Below, in pieces: positions 47,463 through 57,170 of a DNA stretch of 64,000 bases. Source of the stretch: Calditrichia bacterium (GTDB lineage: Bacteria > Calditrichota > Calditrichia > RBG-13-44-9 > J075); the NCBI GenBank assembly GCA_050633245.1, contig JBOEGD010000001.1:160001-224000 (forward strand), given 5' to 3'. The number at the start of each line of letters is the position of its first letter. Position 1 is the stretch's first letter. Made by a program: the position numbers and the translations under genes. Under the pieces are notes generated by a model. That model was not told the DNA's origin and did no database searches. It worked only from the letters and a program-made list of their open reading frames with translations.

Positions 47463-48926
47463 ATGGATAAAGGGTTTGTAAAATCTTTCTTGAAAGGCTC
47501 CGCCGCCGCTTCTATCGGGCAATTTGCGTCGATTGCCTTTCACTTCCTCAGCATAATGGTGCTTACCAGGAAGATGCCAAAAGAAGAATTTGGTATTTAT
47601 TTACTCATCCTTGTTGTAGTACATCTCCTGAAAATTCTTAGCGGGCTCGGTCTGGATCTGACGCTCGTAAAGTTTATTGCCTCTCGCAAAGAGCATACGA
47701 AGTCTGGTGTACTGGGCACAGTTTTGACGCTTCGTGCGATGCTTCTTGTTCTCTTCGGAGCATTGGTTTATGGGGTTGGGCATTTGCTGACCCCGATGCT
47801 GGATGTGCGGATTAATGACTATCTGATTTATATTCCAATTATTGTCTTTTTTGCCAGCTTTCGGGAATTATTCTTCTTTTTATTTCAGGGGTTAAAGCAA
47901 TTTAAGCATTACGCAATTGTACAGGTGCTGTCTGCACTATTCAAGTTTGGATTGATTTTCTGGGCGTATTGGGTGAATGCTTTATCAGTAAGCAATCTTC
48001 TGATGATCGAAATTATCGCATTTGCCATTTCGCTCGTAGTGCAAATTGCATTGACGCCAATGAAGGAACTTGGCGGCTATTCGTTTAAAATGGAAAGTGT
48101 GCGTGAACTACTGCAATTCGGCTTGCCGTTATATGCGAATAACGTTCTAACCTTCCTGTATGGTCGAGTGAATGTGTTTATGATTGGTGCATTTCTTAAT
48201 CCGGCAAGCATTGCTTCATTTGAAGTCGCGGGAAATATCCCGGGTGGATTTGCTCGAATCTTCAAGTCTTTTATCGTTGTGTATTTTCCCAACCTCGCTA
48301 CGCTTTTTGCTGAGGGAAAAACACGCGATGCAGAGAAGGTTATGAATAAGTCGTTGGTTATTTGTGCGACAGCAGTAGCGTTTCTGACAATGGGCGCGTT
48401 TGCATTTCGCGAGGAAATTATGACGCTAATCTTCTCAGAGAATTATCGGGAAGCCGCACTGGCCTTCGCTTTGTTAATGCTGAGCTTTTTACTTTATGCA
48501 CAGGCATCGATTATGGGCTATTCTTTAGTGTCCGCCGGTTATTCCGGCGTTCCCGTAAAAGCCAATATAATTTCCAGCCTGCTTAACCTGGCATTGAGCA
48601 TTGTTCTAATTCCAAAGTATGGCTATATAGGCGCGGTATATTCGGTGATTGCCATGAACGCTGTTTCGCAGATTGTTTACCTCTACTTTTTAAGGAAAAA
48701 CAATATTAAGGCCGACATTATAAATTACGTGAAGCCGCTTGTATTAGCGGTCGGATTACTGGTGCCGTTTATGATGGCAGGTGAACTTCATATTCTACTT
48801 CGCGCTTTGCTGCCTGTCTGTTATGCCGTAGCTGCTGGTCTTTTACTGCCCGATATTCGCAGTCTTCTTATGATGCTACTAAAACGCGGTAACAAGAGCG
48901 ATATGTCTACGGAGTCGGCGTCATGA
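47463..48926 (+). CDS. wzx: Oligosaccharide flippase
   Basis: About 12-14 hydrophobic segments; EFGIY, L...G.P, LIPKYG.IGA. Confidence 0.88.
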   Translation: MDKGFVKSFLKGSAAASIGQFASIAFHFLSIMVLTRKMPKEEFGIYLLILVVVHLLKILSGLGLDLTLVKFIASRKEHTKSGVLGTVLTLRAMLLVLFGALVYGVGHLLTPMLDVRINDYLIYIPIIVFFASFRELFFFLFQGLKQFKHYAIVQVLSALFKFGLIFWAYWVNALSVSNLLMIEIIAFAISLVVQIALTPMKELGGYSFKMESVRELLQFGLPLYANNVLTFLYGRVNVFMIGAFLNPASIASFEVAGNIPGGFARIFKSFIVVYFPNLATLFAEGKTRDAEKVMNKSLVICATAVAFLTMGAFAFREEIMTLIFSENYREAALAFALLMLSFLLYAQASIMGYSLVSAGYSGVPVKANIISSLLNLALSIVLIPKYGYIGAVYSVIAMNAVSQIVYLYFLRKNNIKADIINYVKPLVLAVGLLVPFMMAGELHILLRALLPVCYAVAAGLLLPDIRSLLMMLLKRGNKSDMSTESAS

Positions 48927-50047
48927 AGATTATTATGGTAGACAGCCTGGTGGATAACGATTATGCGATCTGTCTTTGCGATGCGCTTCAGCAAAGTGGT
49001 GCGGATGTAAGTTTAGTGGTTACCGAAAATCGTCGCGTGCCGGAGAACGTATCGTTCGATTTGCAGTTTATGGCACCATCAAAAGCACAGGGCATTAGCA
49101 AGATAAGCAAGCTCTGGAAATATTTTCGCTATCTGTATCGCCTGCGTAAATTTGCAAAATCGAGCAATGCTGCTGCCATACACTTTCAGTTCTTTCGACG
49201 TGAAAGACTCGATACCTTCTACTTTGTATTACTACGATTGCTGGGCTACAATGTCATTCATACTGCACATAATGTGTTGCCGCATGAGCGCAGCCGTATC
49301 GACTTCTATCTGAAATATCTGGTCTATCTTTCTGCCCGGCAAATTGTTGTGCACTCCGGCTATATTCGGGATAAGTTGCTGGCATCATTCCGGGTTACAC
49401 CGGGGAAGGTGCACATCATTCCGCACGGGAATTTTGATATGTATGTGCCCGAAGAAGAACTTACTGTTGCAGAGGCGCGGTCGAAGATCAATCTTCCGGA
49501 ATCGGCAGCTGTCGTGCTATGTTTTGGTCATATCCGCGAATACAAAGGCATTGACATCCTGATTCAGGCTTTCGATTTAGCAGCACAGGAGGAAAAAGAC
49601 CTGCATCTTATTATTGCCGGAAGTGCCCGGACGCAGGAACTGAAGGAGCGCTACTGCGTGCAGATTGATGCGATTTCTGCGAGTGATCGAGTGCAATATG
49701 TACCGGACTTTATCCCCAATGAAGCGGTTGCCGAATATTTTACTGCGGCGGATATAATTGCTCTACCGTATCGCGCAATAGATCACAGTGGAATTGTACA
49801 TCTGGCGTACTCTTTTGGTAAGCCGATAATTGCTACACGGGTAGGAGATTTTAGTGAGGCCGTTGAAGAGGGCAAGAGTGGCTTTCTCGTTGAGAAAGAA
49901 GATGCGAAGGCTTTAGCAGAAGCATTAAGGTTGGTAGCAGGTAGCAAAGGCAAGCTGGTCGAAATGGGTGAGTATGCCCAAATGCTGAACAAAACAAAAT
50001 ATTCATGGCAGGATATTGCCCGCAAAACCAGAGCAATATATAAATAA
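48923..50047 (+). CDS. GT4 glycosyltransferase
   Basis: TAHNVLPHE, IPHG, FGHIREYKG, LPY....SG, FGKPII; ATGA overlap with wzx. Confidence 0.93.
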   Translation: MKIIMVDSLVDNDYAICLCDALQQSGADVSLVVTENRRVPENVSFDLQFMAPSKAQGISKISKLWKYFRYLYRLRKFAKSSNAAAIHFQFFRRERLDTFYFVLLRLLGYNVIHTAHNVLPHERSRIDFYLKYLVYLSARQIVVHSGYIRDKLLASFRVTPGKVHIIPHGNFDMYVPEEELTVAEARSKINLPESAAVVLCFGHIREYKGIDILIQAFDLAAQEEKDLHLIIAGSARTQELKERYCVQIDAISASDRVQYVPDFIPNEAVAEYFTAADIIALPYRAIDHSGIVHLAYSFGKPIIATRVGDFSEAVEEGKSGFLVEKEDAKALAEALRLVAGSKGKLVEMGEYAQMLNKTKYSWQDIARKTRAIYK

Positions 50048-50083
50048 GTTTTAGGGCGTACCAAGGTATTACGAGAATTAAGC

Positions 50084-51391
50084 ATGAAGACGATCCGACA
50101 CCAAGAGATAATGTTCGTTTATCAACAGCCAACTATTTATTCGCGTGTTGCTGAGTTTGCCTTTTATCTGATGGCAGCCGCCGTCCTTTTTGGAACGACT
50201 ATGCCGTTCCCGGAAACGGAAGGATTTAATGCAGAAAATACCTCGAATATAATGAATCAGATTGTATTCAGTTTCCTCCTTTTATCCGGAACCTTCTCAC
50301 TTATTCCGCTACGTATGGAAGCACTAGCCATTTTGCGTCGTGAGAAGCTGCTTATTATATTGCTGGCCTGGTGCACAATTTCGCTGATGTGGTCGATATA
50401 TCCATTTGTCGGCTTTAAGCGCTTGGTTCTGCTCTTGTCGGTAAGCGTAACTTCGCTTGCTGTATTACTACACTCGCGCAATAGGCCAAACCTACTTTCC
50501 CGCCTGAAATATGTTATTGGCATTTACATTCTGCTAACGATTGTGGTGTGCCTGGTTTTACCTGCTGCCAAAGATCCCAAATTTCATACCTGGCGTGGGT
50601 TTGAGCCGACAAAAAACAATCTGGGACAGGTTGCGCTTGTGTGCATTTTGCTGCTGTTTGTAACCTTTAAGTCTGAACAGGGAAAGCGTTACTTCTCTGG
50701 TGCTTTGCTAGCACTTACCGGAGTTGTATTAATAGGCAGCTGGAGCGTTACTTCAATAGGCGTATTGTTTGGTCTTCTGGGAATTGGTCTGCTGGTATGG
50801 GGAATAGATGTTGCGTTCAACTCTGCACCAATTGCACGGCTACTGAGTATTGTGGCGATTGCAGGCTTTGGTCTGCTGGCCTTGGGAGCGATGCTGTGGG
50901 CCCCGGAATTATTGACAACTATTCCGAAATCATTGGGAAAAGACATTACTTTTTCTGGTCGAACCTATCTATGGGAGTCGATGTGGTTAGAAATTGAACG
51001 CCATTGGATGTTGGGAACGGGTTATGCAGGATTTTGGAACCCGGAGAGTGTTGGGATGGAAGTGCTTCACGAAGAGTTTGTCTGGCTGCCTAACCAGGCA
51101 CACAACGGCTATCTGGATGTGTTGAATGAAATTGGTTTGGTCGGGCTATTTCTCTTTGCTGCGCTAATAATCCGCTACTTGCGAGATGCAGTGGAGCTTG
51201 GAGAAGGATTCTACTGGCAATGGTTTATTGTTGCAATGCTGGTAATGAACCTTCAGGAGAGCACTTTTTTACGTCCGCATAATGCTTTTAATGTTTTTTT
51301 CCTCTTTGCATACTTCTCGTTGTTTGTGGAGCAACATTTTCGCGAAGTGCGGCGTTTTGGTGCAGACGATCAGCTGATATCACCTAACTGA
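50084..51391 (+). CDS. wzy: O-antigen polymerase/ligase family (Wzy_C; ExoQ-like)
   Basis: WRG....KNNLG, T.SGRT.LW, G.GY..FW, AHNGYLD...E.G.VG; many TM helices. Confidence 0.85.
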   Translation: MKTIRHQEIMFVYQQPTIYSRVAEFAFYLMAAAVLFGTTMPFPETEGFNAENTSNIMNQIVFSFLLLSGTFSLIPLRMEALAILRREKLLIILLAWCTISLMWSIYPFVGFKRLVLLLSVSVTSLAVLLHSRNRPNLLSRLKYVIGIYILLTIVVCLVLPAAKDPKFHTWRGFEPTKNNLGQVALVCILLLFVTFKSEQGKRYFSGALLALTGVVLIGSWSVTSIGVLFGLLGIGLLVWGIDVAFNSAPIARLLSIVAIAGFGLLALGAMLWAPELLTTIPKSLGKDITFSGRTYLWESMWLEIERHWMLGTGYAGFWNPESVGMEVLHEEFVWLPNQAHNGYLDVLNEIGLVGLFLFAALIIRYLRDAVELGEGFYWQWFIVAMLVMNLQESTFLRPHNAFNVFFLFAYFSLFVEQHFREVRRFGADDQLISPN

Positions 51392-51398
51392 TCTTCTC

Positions 51399-52742
51399 CT
51401 AGTGACCGCCCTGAATATGGAAATTACCGGGCGGTGAGGGCGCAGTTGTATCATTTAAAATAAATTCCAGTGCACCAGCGTCGAAGGCCCCATTGTGCGG
51501 TCGTAAGGTTCCGCTTACGTCACGTGCGCTGCCGATGCCGCTAACATTTGCTCCCATGTTCAGAGCGATAGAACTTTCTTTAAGACGAAAGTCGTATTGC
51601 TGGAGATTTAAAAAATGTGGATTACCGCTTTTCCCGCCAGTTTCCTGTCCTTGCGAAGATTGAAATTCAGAAAAGCTAAACTTCGGTCCGCCCCAATAAA
51701 TAATGTTGTCGACATTGGGGTAATACACATTGTTGTTTAACGTGTGCCCGGAGGTTGCTTCGGCATTCATAAACACTTCATATTGGCTGTTTTGTACCGT
51801 ATGTCCATAAATGATATTGTTCTTCAGAGTGAGGTGTGTTGCGCTGTTATTGCGAATGCCACTAAACCCATTGTTGACAATCGTATTGCTAACAATATAA
51901 CCATCAGCGCGATAAGTTGCCGGACCATTACCGTGACGGTGCAGAAAAATTCCGTTTTCCTGATTGTTGTAAATCAAATTACCCGAAATGTCATAGTCTT
52001 TCTGATAGCGAGTATAGATGCCACCGAGATTGTTATAAAGCGTGTTGTTACGGATGCGGTTTCCAATTTGCATAGATTGGGCATCAGCTGTATTAGGAAA
52101 AACATTTATTCCGAAGTGCAGTGGGTTATCATGCGAAATATTCTGCTCGATTAGAGTATAATTACTGTTCTCTGCATTAATGCCGTTCCAGCCGCAGTTG
52201 TAGACTTCGTTACCGCGAATGATATTGTAGTCACCCTGTCGAATCAAAATGCCTACACCCTTGGTTGTTGAACCGCAATTATAGATGATGCAGTTACGAA
52301 TAATATTATGATCGCCTTCAATCCAAAGAGCCCAGCGAGCCACATTGCGAACTGTGAATCCATCGAAAATGATATAATTCTTGTCGATCCCATTGGATGC
52401 TGAACCTTTCCAATCGACAAACTTATCTTGTGCCGAGCCGCTGCCATCAATAATAACGCTCTCACCGGGAAATGCCTGAATGACCAAATAGTTGTTTGGT
52501 TCACCAGACACGGACATTCGCAGGGGATTGGTATAAACCCCTTCCCGAATAAAAATAGTATCACCAGCCTGAACCTGATTCAGAGCATGTTGAATGCTAA
52601 ACCAGGGGTTCTCCTGAGTGCCGGTTGCACCATCTGATGCCTGAGCATTGTTTTTGTCTACAAAATAGGTCTCACCGCGCAGAGAAAAACTGCAGGCAAA
52701 GAACAGAAGCAGTGGCAACAGGATTAAGCGTTTTAATTCCAT
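51399..52742 (-). CDS. Secreted right-handed parallel beta-helix protein (pectate-lyase-like fold)
   Basis: Signal peptide (possible lipobox FFAC); Y.V.....ASD...GT...PW.SIQ.A....AGDT..IR.GVY; Asn-rich PbH1 repeats; C-terminal DFRL...S.A...G...D.GA.E. Confidence 0.82.
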   Translation of the reverse strand: MELKRLILLPLLLFFACSFSLRGETYFVDKNNAQASDGATGTQENPWFSIQHALNQVQAGDTIFIREGVYTNPLRMSVSGEPNNYLVIQAFPGESVIIDGSGSAQDKFVDWKGSASNGIDKNYIIFDGFTVRNVARWALWIEGDHNIIRNCIIYNCGSTTKGVGILIRQGDYNIIRGNEVYNCGWNGINAENSNYTLIEQNISHDNPLHFGINVFPNTADAQSMQIGNRIRNNTLYNNLGGIYTRYQKDYDISGNLIYNNQENGIFLHRHGNGPATYRADGYIVSNTIVNNGFSGIRNNSATHLTLKNNIIYGHTVQNSQYEVFMNAEATSGHTLNNNVYYPNVDNIIYWGGPKFSFSEFQSSQGQETGGKSGNPHFLNLQQYDFRLKESSIALNMGANVSGIGSARDVSGTLRPHNGAFDAGALEFILNDTTAPSPPGNFHIQGGH

Positions 52743-52885
52743 CTAAAACCATCTCTTTCAAGAGTTCACTTCATGTGGACTCACTTTCAATGAATAAGCC
52801 AATTATTGCGTAACAAGTGAATGATTGGTGTCACTGCACCAAGAAAAAATAATGCACGTCTTTTGTGACCCATTACCAGTTTAAG

Positions 52886-52901
52886 AGCAAAATTAATACC
52901 A
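52886..52901 (-). promoter_or_regulatory. Putative sigma54 promoter for the beta-helix gene
   Basis: Minus strand TGGTATT-AATT-TTGCT (GG-N10-GC), preceded by AAATAA exactly as at the G8 promoter. Confidence 0.6.
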
Positions 52902-53150
52902 TTATTTGAAGCTCGAAACGTCGACTCTTTAGCGCCCCTCCCGCTTGATAAACTGTAAAAAAGCTACACAAATTGAGGAGGAGTATAGAGTTAGAATACA
53001 GAATGGCAAGATGCCGCGCAAAAATCGAAAGTTGACTGTCATCAACGCATGGTAGAATTGATTAGCGTATTTTGATAAATTATGCTGGTTAGATAGCACA
53101 TGGGATGATCTGATCTTTCGAATGCGAATTTTGGTTAAGGACAGACTGGG

Positions 53151-54785
53151 ATGAAACGTGATTTAAAGCGATTGAGCGATACACAGTTTGATCTGCTCAT
53201 TATTGGTGGTGGTATTCAAGGTGCCGGAATTGCCTGGCGCGCTTCATTGGAAGGCCTGAAAGTTGCCCTCATAGACAAAAGCGATTTTGCTGCAGGAAGC
53301 TCTTCAAATACCTCAAAAGTAATATACGGCGGTATGCAGGAACTTCGCCAATACGGCATTAAGCGAAGCCGATATTCCATGCACGAACGCCTGCGCTTGA
53401 TGCATATTGCACCCCATTTAGTCCATCAATTAAATTGTATTGTGCCAATTTACGGCGACGAGAATAAAACCAGCACCGGAATGAAGGCTGCGTTGAAGTT
53501 GTATGATTGGCTTGGACGAAAGCAGAACCGCGAGTTGGAAGACGAAGATGCACCTCACGCTGCCGAACCACTGGAAATTGAGAAGGTTCTCAAATTAATC
53601 CCTGGTGTAGATAAGGATGGACTGAAAGGCGGGGCCCGTTGGCAGGAAGCCGTGTGCAGTAATACTGAACGTCTGGTTATTTCTTTCCTGAAAACCGCAT
53701 ACATTCGTGGTGCCGCTCTGGCCAATTACATTCGCGCGCAGAAAATTATTACCGAGAAGAATAAGGCGATTGGCGTAGAAGTTCGTGATGAACTAAGCGG
53801 AGAGCAGTTTACCATCATGGCCGGTGAAATAGTTGATTGCAGCGGTCCATGGACAGATGAAATTTACGCTGGTAATGACGATAAAAAGAAAAAAGAAAAG
53901 CAATCCTATGTGGCGGGAATAAGCATTGTTACTCGTCAAATCATCTCTTCCGACCACTGCGTATATTTACGCCGCAGTTCTCATAGCGATCAATTTTACA
54001 ACGTTATTCCCTGGCGCGACCGTTCGATCCTTGGCACAGAGTGGTTTCGCTATGAAGGACATCCCGATCATTTACAGATAAGCCGCGGACAGTGCTTACA
54101 GCTTATCGAGAACTTTAACCGAATTTATCCTCATGCGAACTTGAACTTGGCTGATGTCAGCTTTATCTACAAGGGAATGGTGCCGGGCAGCGGTGAGGAC
54201 TATTTTGGCACAGAAACATTGAATAAGTTTCGCTTTCTCGATCATTCAGAGCATGGCGTAAAAGGATTAACGCGCATTGTCGGTGTAGAGTTCGGGGCGG
54301 CATTGCACGTTGCTGAAACCTTTTTGATGCGCCACTTCCCGCAGGTGAAACGACGTCCTTTAGCCGATCAGGGGGTGGTTGCCGGTGGTATGCCGATTGG
54401 AATTGAAGATTACCGCGAAGATTTGTTTAAGCGCTGGAAAGATCGTGTTGATATTAAAGAGCTCGAGCGGCTGTTTATGAATTATGGAAATGAGACCGAG
54501 CAGGTGCTGGTACGTTCCGAGAACAGCAGTCAGCGTGGTGGTGAACGTATTGATAATCGCTCAATTATGTTTGCTGAAGTGCGACATGCCTTAAGTGAGG
54601 AAATGGCTGTTAAGCTGACCGATGTCGTTATGCGGCGGACCGACCTTGGCTCTCATCAGCGTCCTTCCGAAATCGAACTTACCGACATTACCGAGCAAAT
54701 GGCCTCAGTGCTACAGTGGAGCGAAAACCGCTGCGTCTCCGAGCTTACCGAATGCCGCGATCGCTATCCGTTTATGTATAACTAG
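53151..54785 (+). CDS. FAD-dependent oxidoreductase, glycerol-3-phosphate dehydrogenase (GlpD)-like, divergent
   Basis: IIGGGIQGAG, DFAAGSS, APHLV, GPW, EMA..L.D...RRT. Confidence 0.8.
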   Translation: MKRDLKRLSDTQFDLLIIGGGIQGAGIAWRASLEGLKVALIDKSDFAAGSSSNTSKVIYGGMQELRQYGIKRSRYSMHERLRLMHIAPHLVHQLNCIVPIYGDENKTSTGMKAALKLYDWLGRKQNRELEDEDAPHAAEPLEIEKVLKLIPGVDKDGLKGGARWQEAVCSNTERLVISFLKTAYIRGAALANYIRAQKIITEKNKAIGVEVRDELSGEQFTIMAGEIVDCSGPWTDEIYAGNDDKKKKEKQSYVAGISIVTRQIISSDHCVYLRRSSHSDQFYNVIPWRDRSILGTEWFRYEGHPDHLQISRGQCLQLIENFNRIYPHANLNLADVSFIYKGMVPGSGEDYFGTETLNKFRFLDHSEHGVKGLTRIVGVEFGAALHVAETFLMRHFPQVKRRPLADQGVVAGGMPIGIEDYREDLFKRWKDRVDIKELERLFMNYGNETEQVLVRSENSSQRGGERIDNRSIMFAEVRHALSEEMAVKLTDVVMRRTDLGSHQRPSEIELTDITEQMASVLQWSENRCVSELTECRDRYPFMYN

Positions 54786-54960
54786 CAGAACACAGAACAC
54801 AGATGAAAAGGATGAAGCACCTGTAGATGCTTCGCGTCTCAAGCCAGAAGTGAAAAGATTTCCCCGCCTTGTCTCCCATTCTCCTTGTCTCCTTTTCCCA
54901 GCAGCGAGCTTGCGAGCGCATCAGTATCGCTCCCTTTTTCCTTGTCTCCCCATCACCCGC

Positions 54961-55593
54961 TCATTTCTGCAGCACCGCCTTCTGCATCCTACGCTGACCT
55001 GCGCTAAGAAGCTGGTAGAAGTAAATACCGGTTGAGAGAGCATTACCATTATCATCCTTACCATCCCACTCTATAGAATAAGCGCCCTTTTCCATAAAAT
55101 CGTCTACCAATGTGCGGATCTTCATGCCAAGAGCATTGAAAATCAAGAGTTGCGTGCGACCCTTGGCAGGAATGGCATAGTCGATGGTGGTGGTTGGATT
55201 AAACGGATTAGGGTAGTTCTGAGCCAGGCGAAATTCGCCGGGTACAGGTGTATTCTCACCGGTCGAGGTAAGAATGCCGGAGGTGGCACTTAGTTCAGGG
55301 GTGGCAGCGCTTTCATTACCGGAGTAATCCACTGCGGTGAGTTTATAGAAATAGGTGCGGTTTTGCTCTACACCATGATCGCTAAATGAGGTGTTCGTGG
55401 CCTGCACGGTTGCATACGGCCTGTAGGTGCCGGACAAGGTATCGCGATAAATAACGTAATGTGAGATATCGGCTTCCGGACTGGCATCCCAGCTAAGCTC
55501 CAGCGGTTGCGCAGAAAGCTCCGGTAGCATAAAAGTCATAATTGCGCCTAAACAGACGCCTATTTTTTTAAGTAGCTTCACAGCTCGTTTCAT
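54961..55593 (-). CDS. Small secreted protein: one Fn3-like domain plus a T9SS-type/FlgD-Ig C-terminal domain
   Basis: Signal peptide; LSW....E.DI..Y.IYR...YFYKLTAVD..GNES; QNYPNPFNPTT, WDGKD..G...STGIYFY. Confidence 0.85.
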   Translation of the reverse strand: MKRAVKLLKKIGVCLGAIMTFMLPELSAQPLELSWDASPEADISHYVIYRDTLSGTYRPYATVQATNTSFSDHGVEQNRTYFYKLTAVDYSGNESAATPELSATSGILTSTGENTPVPGEFRLAQNYPNPFNPTTTIDYAIPAKGRTQLLIFNALGMKIRTLVDDFMEKGAYSIEWDGKDDNGNALSTGIYFYQLLSAGQRRMQKAVLQK

Positions 55594-55663
55594 TAAGACC
55601 CACCGTTTGAGAATACCAAACTAAGCGAATTGAGTCCTCATCCATCCAGAATGCCTTAACAAA

Positions 55664-55679
55664 AGCAAATCAGATACCA
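55664..55679 (-). promoter_or_regulatory. Putative sigma54 promoter for the Fn3-CTD gene
   Basis: Minus strand TGGTATC-TGAT-TTGCT (GG-N10-GC), about 70 nt before the ATG. Confidence 0.62.
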
Positions 55680-55906
55680 ATAGTGGAAAAGCCGTAGAAA
55701 TGCGGCTCTGTAATGTTGTCTGTATGATGGAAAACGGATTCTGTGCATATATTTCATCATTTTTTTGTATCCTTAGGGCAAGATGAGGTATCAATAAAGA
55801 TGTGGTTTGGCAGAAAAAAGCCGAACCTGTTTTCGACAAGTGGGCACTGAACAAATAATTATACCCGCGCCGGAGCAATGTTGTAAAACCGTTGTTGGAG
55901 ATGTTT

Positions 55907-57136
55907 ATGAAAATGATGAGCTGTATACTTTTGATTGCTGCACTTTTTCTTGGCTGTAGCGAGCAACATTCTACGCTTGAAGTAGGAACCTGGCGAGCTC
56001 TTGTTAAACTACCTGGTGGTGAGCTGCCGTTTACACTGGACGTTCGAGAAAAGGGCAGCAGCTATGCCGTTACGTTTATTAATGGCGATGAACGCGTTTT
56101 GGTAGACAGCCTGCGTATCGATAAAGATCATCTTTATCTGAAGCTACCGGCATTTAATTCCACCATTGAAGCCACAATTGAGCGGCGTCATCGCCTTACC
56201 GGATTTCTAACGCTGATTAAGCGCGGTGGTAAAAAGCAGGTCATGTCTTTTGTTGCGATGCACGGTGAAGGTCATCGCTTCTCGAAGGAGGATGTAGCGA
56301 ATCCGGTGGATGTCTCCGGGCGCTGGGCCGTGACCTTTCGTGAAGAATCCGGTGACAGCACGCTGGCGGTTGGTGTTTTTGAGCAGGATGGAAAAGTTGT
56401 AACCGGCACGTTCATGACGCCCACGGGGGATTATCGCTATTTGGCCGGGGAAGTAGCTGCTAACGGAAGCATGCAGCTTTCCTGTTTCGATGGTAATCAT
56501 GCTTTTCTATTTAATGCAGTATTAGATGAGAACGATATGCTTAGCGGCAACTTTTGGTCTGGCACGCAATGGCATGAGACATGGACCGCAAAGCGGGATG
56601 CCGATGTTTCGCTTCCCGATGCATATCGGATGACTTACTTGAAAGATGGCTACGATCGCTTCGATTTTACTTTTCCTGATACTGATAGCAACAGCGTGTC
56701 TTTAACGGACGAGAAATATCGCGATAAGGTTGTTGTTCTGACAATTGCCGGAAGCTGGTGCCCAAATTGCCATGATGAGGCGGCATTTATGGCGCCATTC
56801 CATAAGCGCTATCGTGAGCACGGTCTTGAGATTGTTGGTTTAATGTATGAGCACTTTCGCGATTTTCCTACCGCCGCTAAGCAGGTAGAGCGCTTCCGCA
56901 AAAAATTTAAGATTGAGTATGACCTGCTGGTTGCCGGCTACTCCGATAAAGCCGATGCCGCTAAGACCTTACCGATGATCAATCATGTCCTGTCTTATCC
57001 GACCACTATCTTTATCGACAAGAAGGGTAATGTACGAAAGATTCATACCGGCTTTACCGGTCCTGGAACCGGCGATGCTTACGAAACGCTGACGCACGAA
57101 TTTACCGAACTTGTGGAAACGCTGCTGGCCGAATAA
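55907..57136 (+). CDS. TlpA-family thiol-disulfide oxidoreductase lipoprotein
   Basis: Lipobox FLGC; GSWCPNC..E, YPTT.FID..G.V..IH.GF.GP. ATG 55907 follows GGAG. Confidence 0.88.
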   Translation: MKMMSCILLIAALFLGCSEQHSTLEVGTWRALVKLPGGELPFTLDVREKGSSYAVTFINGDERVLVDSLRIDKDHLYLKLPAFNSTIEATIERRHRLTGFLTLIKRGGKKQVMSFVAMHGEGHRFSKEDVANPVDVSGRWAVTFREESGDSTLAVGVFEQDGKVVTGTFMTPTGDYRYLAGEVAANGSMQLSCFDGNHAFLFNAVLDENDMLSGNFWSGTQWHETWTAKRDADVSLPDAYRMTYLKDGYDRFDFTFPDTDSNSVSLTDEKYRDKVVVLTIAGSWCPNCHDEAAFMAPFHKRYREHGLEIVGLMYEHFRDFPTAAKQVERFRKKFKIEYDLLVAGYSDKADAAKTLPMINHVLSYPTTIFIDKKGNVRKIHTGFTGPGTGDAYETLTHEFTELVETLLAE

Positions 57137-57142
57137 CGTATT

Positions 57143-57170
57143 GTAGAGTCGTACAATTGTGCGGCTCTAC
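57143..57170. repeat. GTAG-type REP-like palindrome between convergent genes, overlapping the dnaE stop codon
   Basis: GTAGAGTCGTACAATTGTGCGGCTCTAC. Confidence 0.6.

Noticed and set aside
12681-51391. Exosortase/PEP-CTERM system
   Set aside because: No exosortase, EpsI or PEP-CTERM tail is recognisable in the window.
52954-52970. TGT-N11-ACA dyad as a shared enhancer of the sigma54 genes
   Set aside because: Seen at only one of the three promoters, so it cannot be distinguished from chance.
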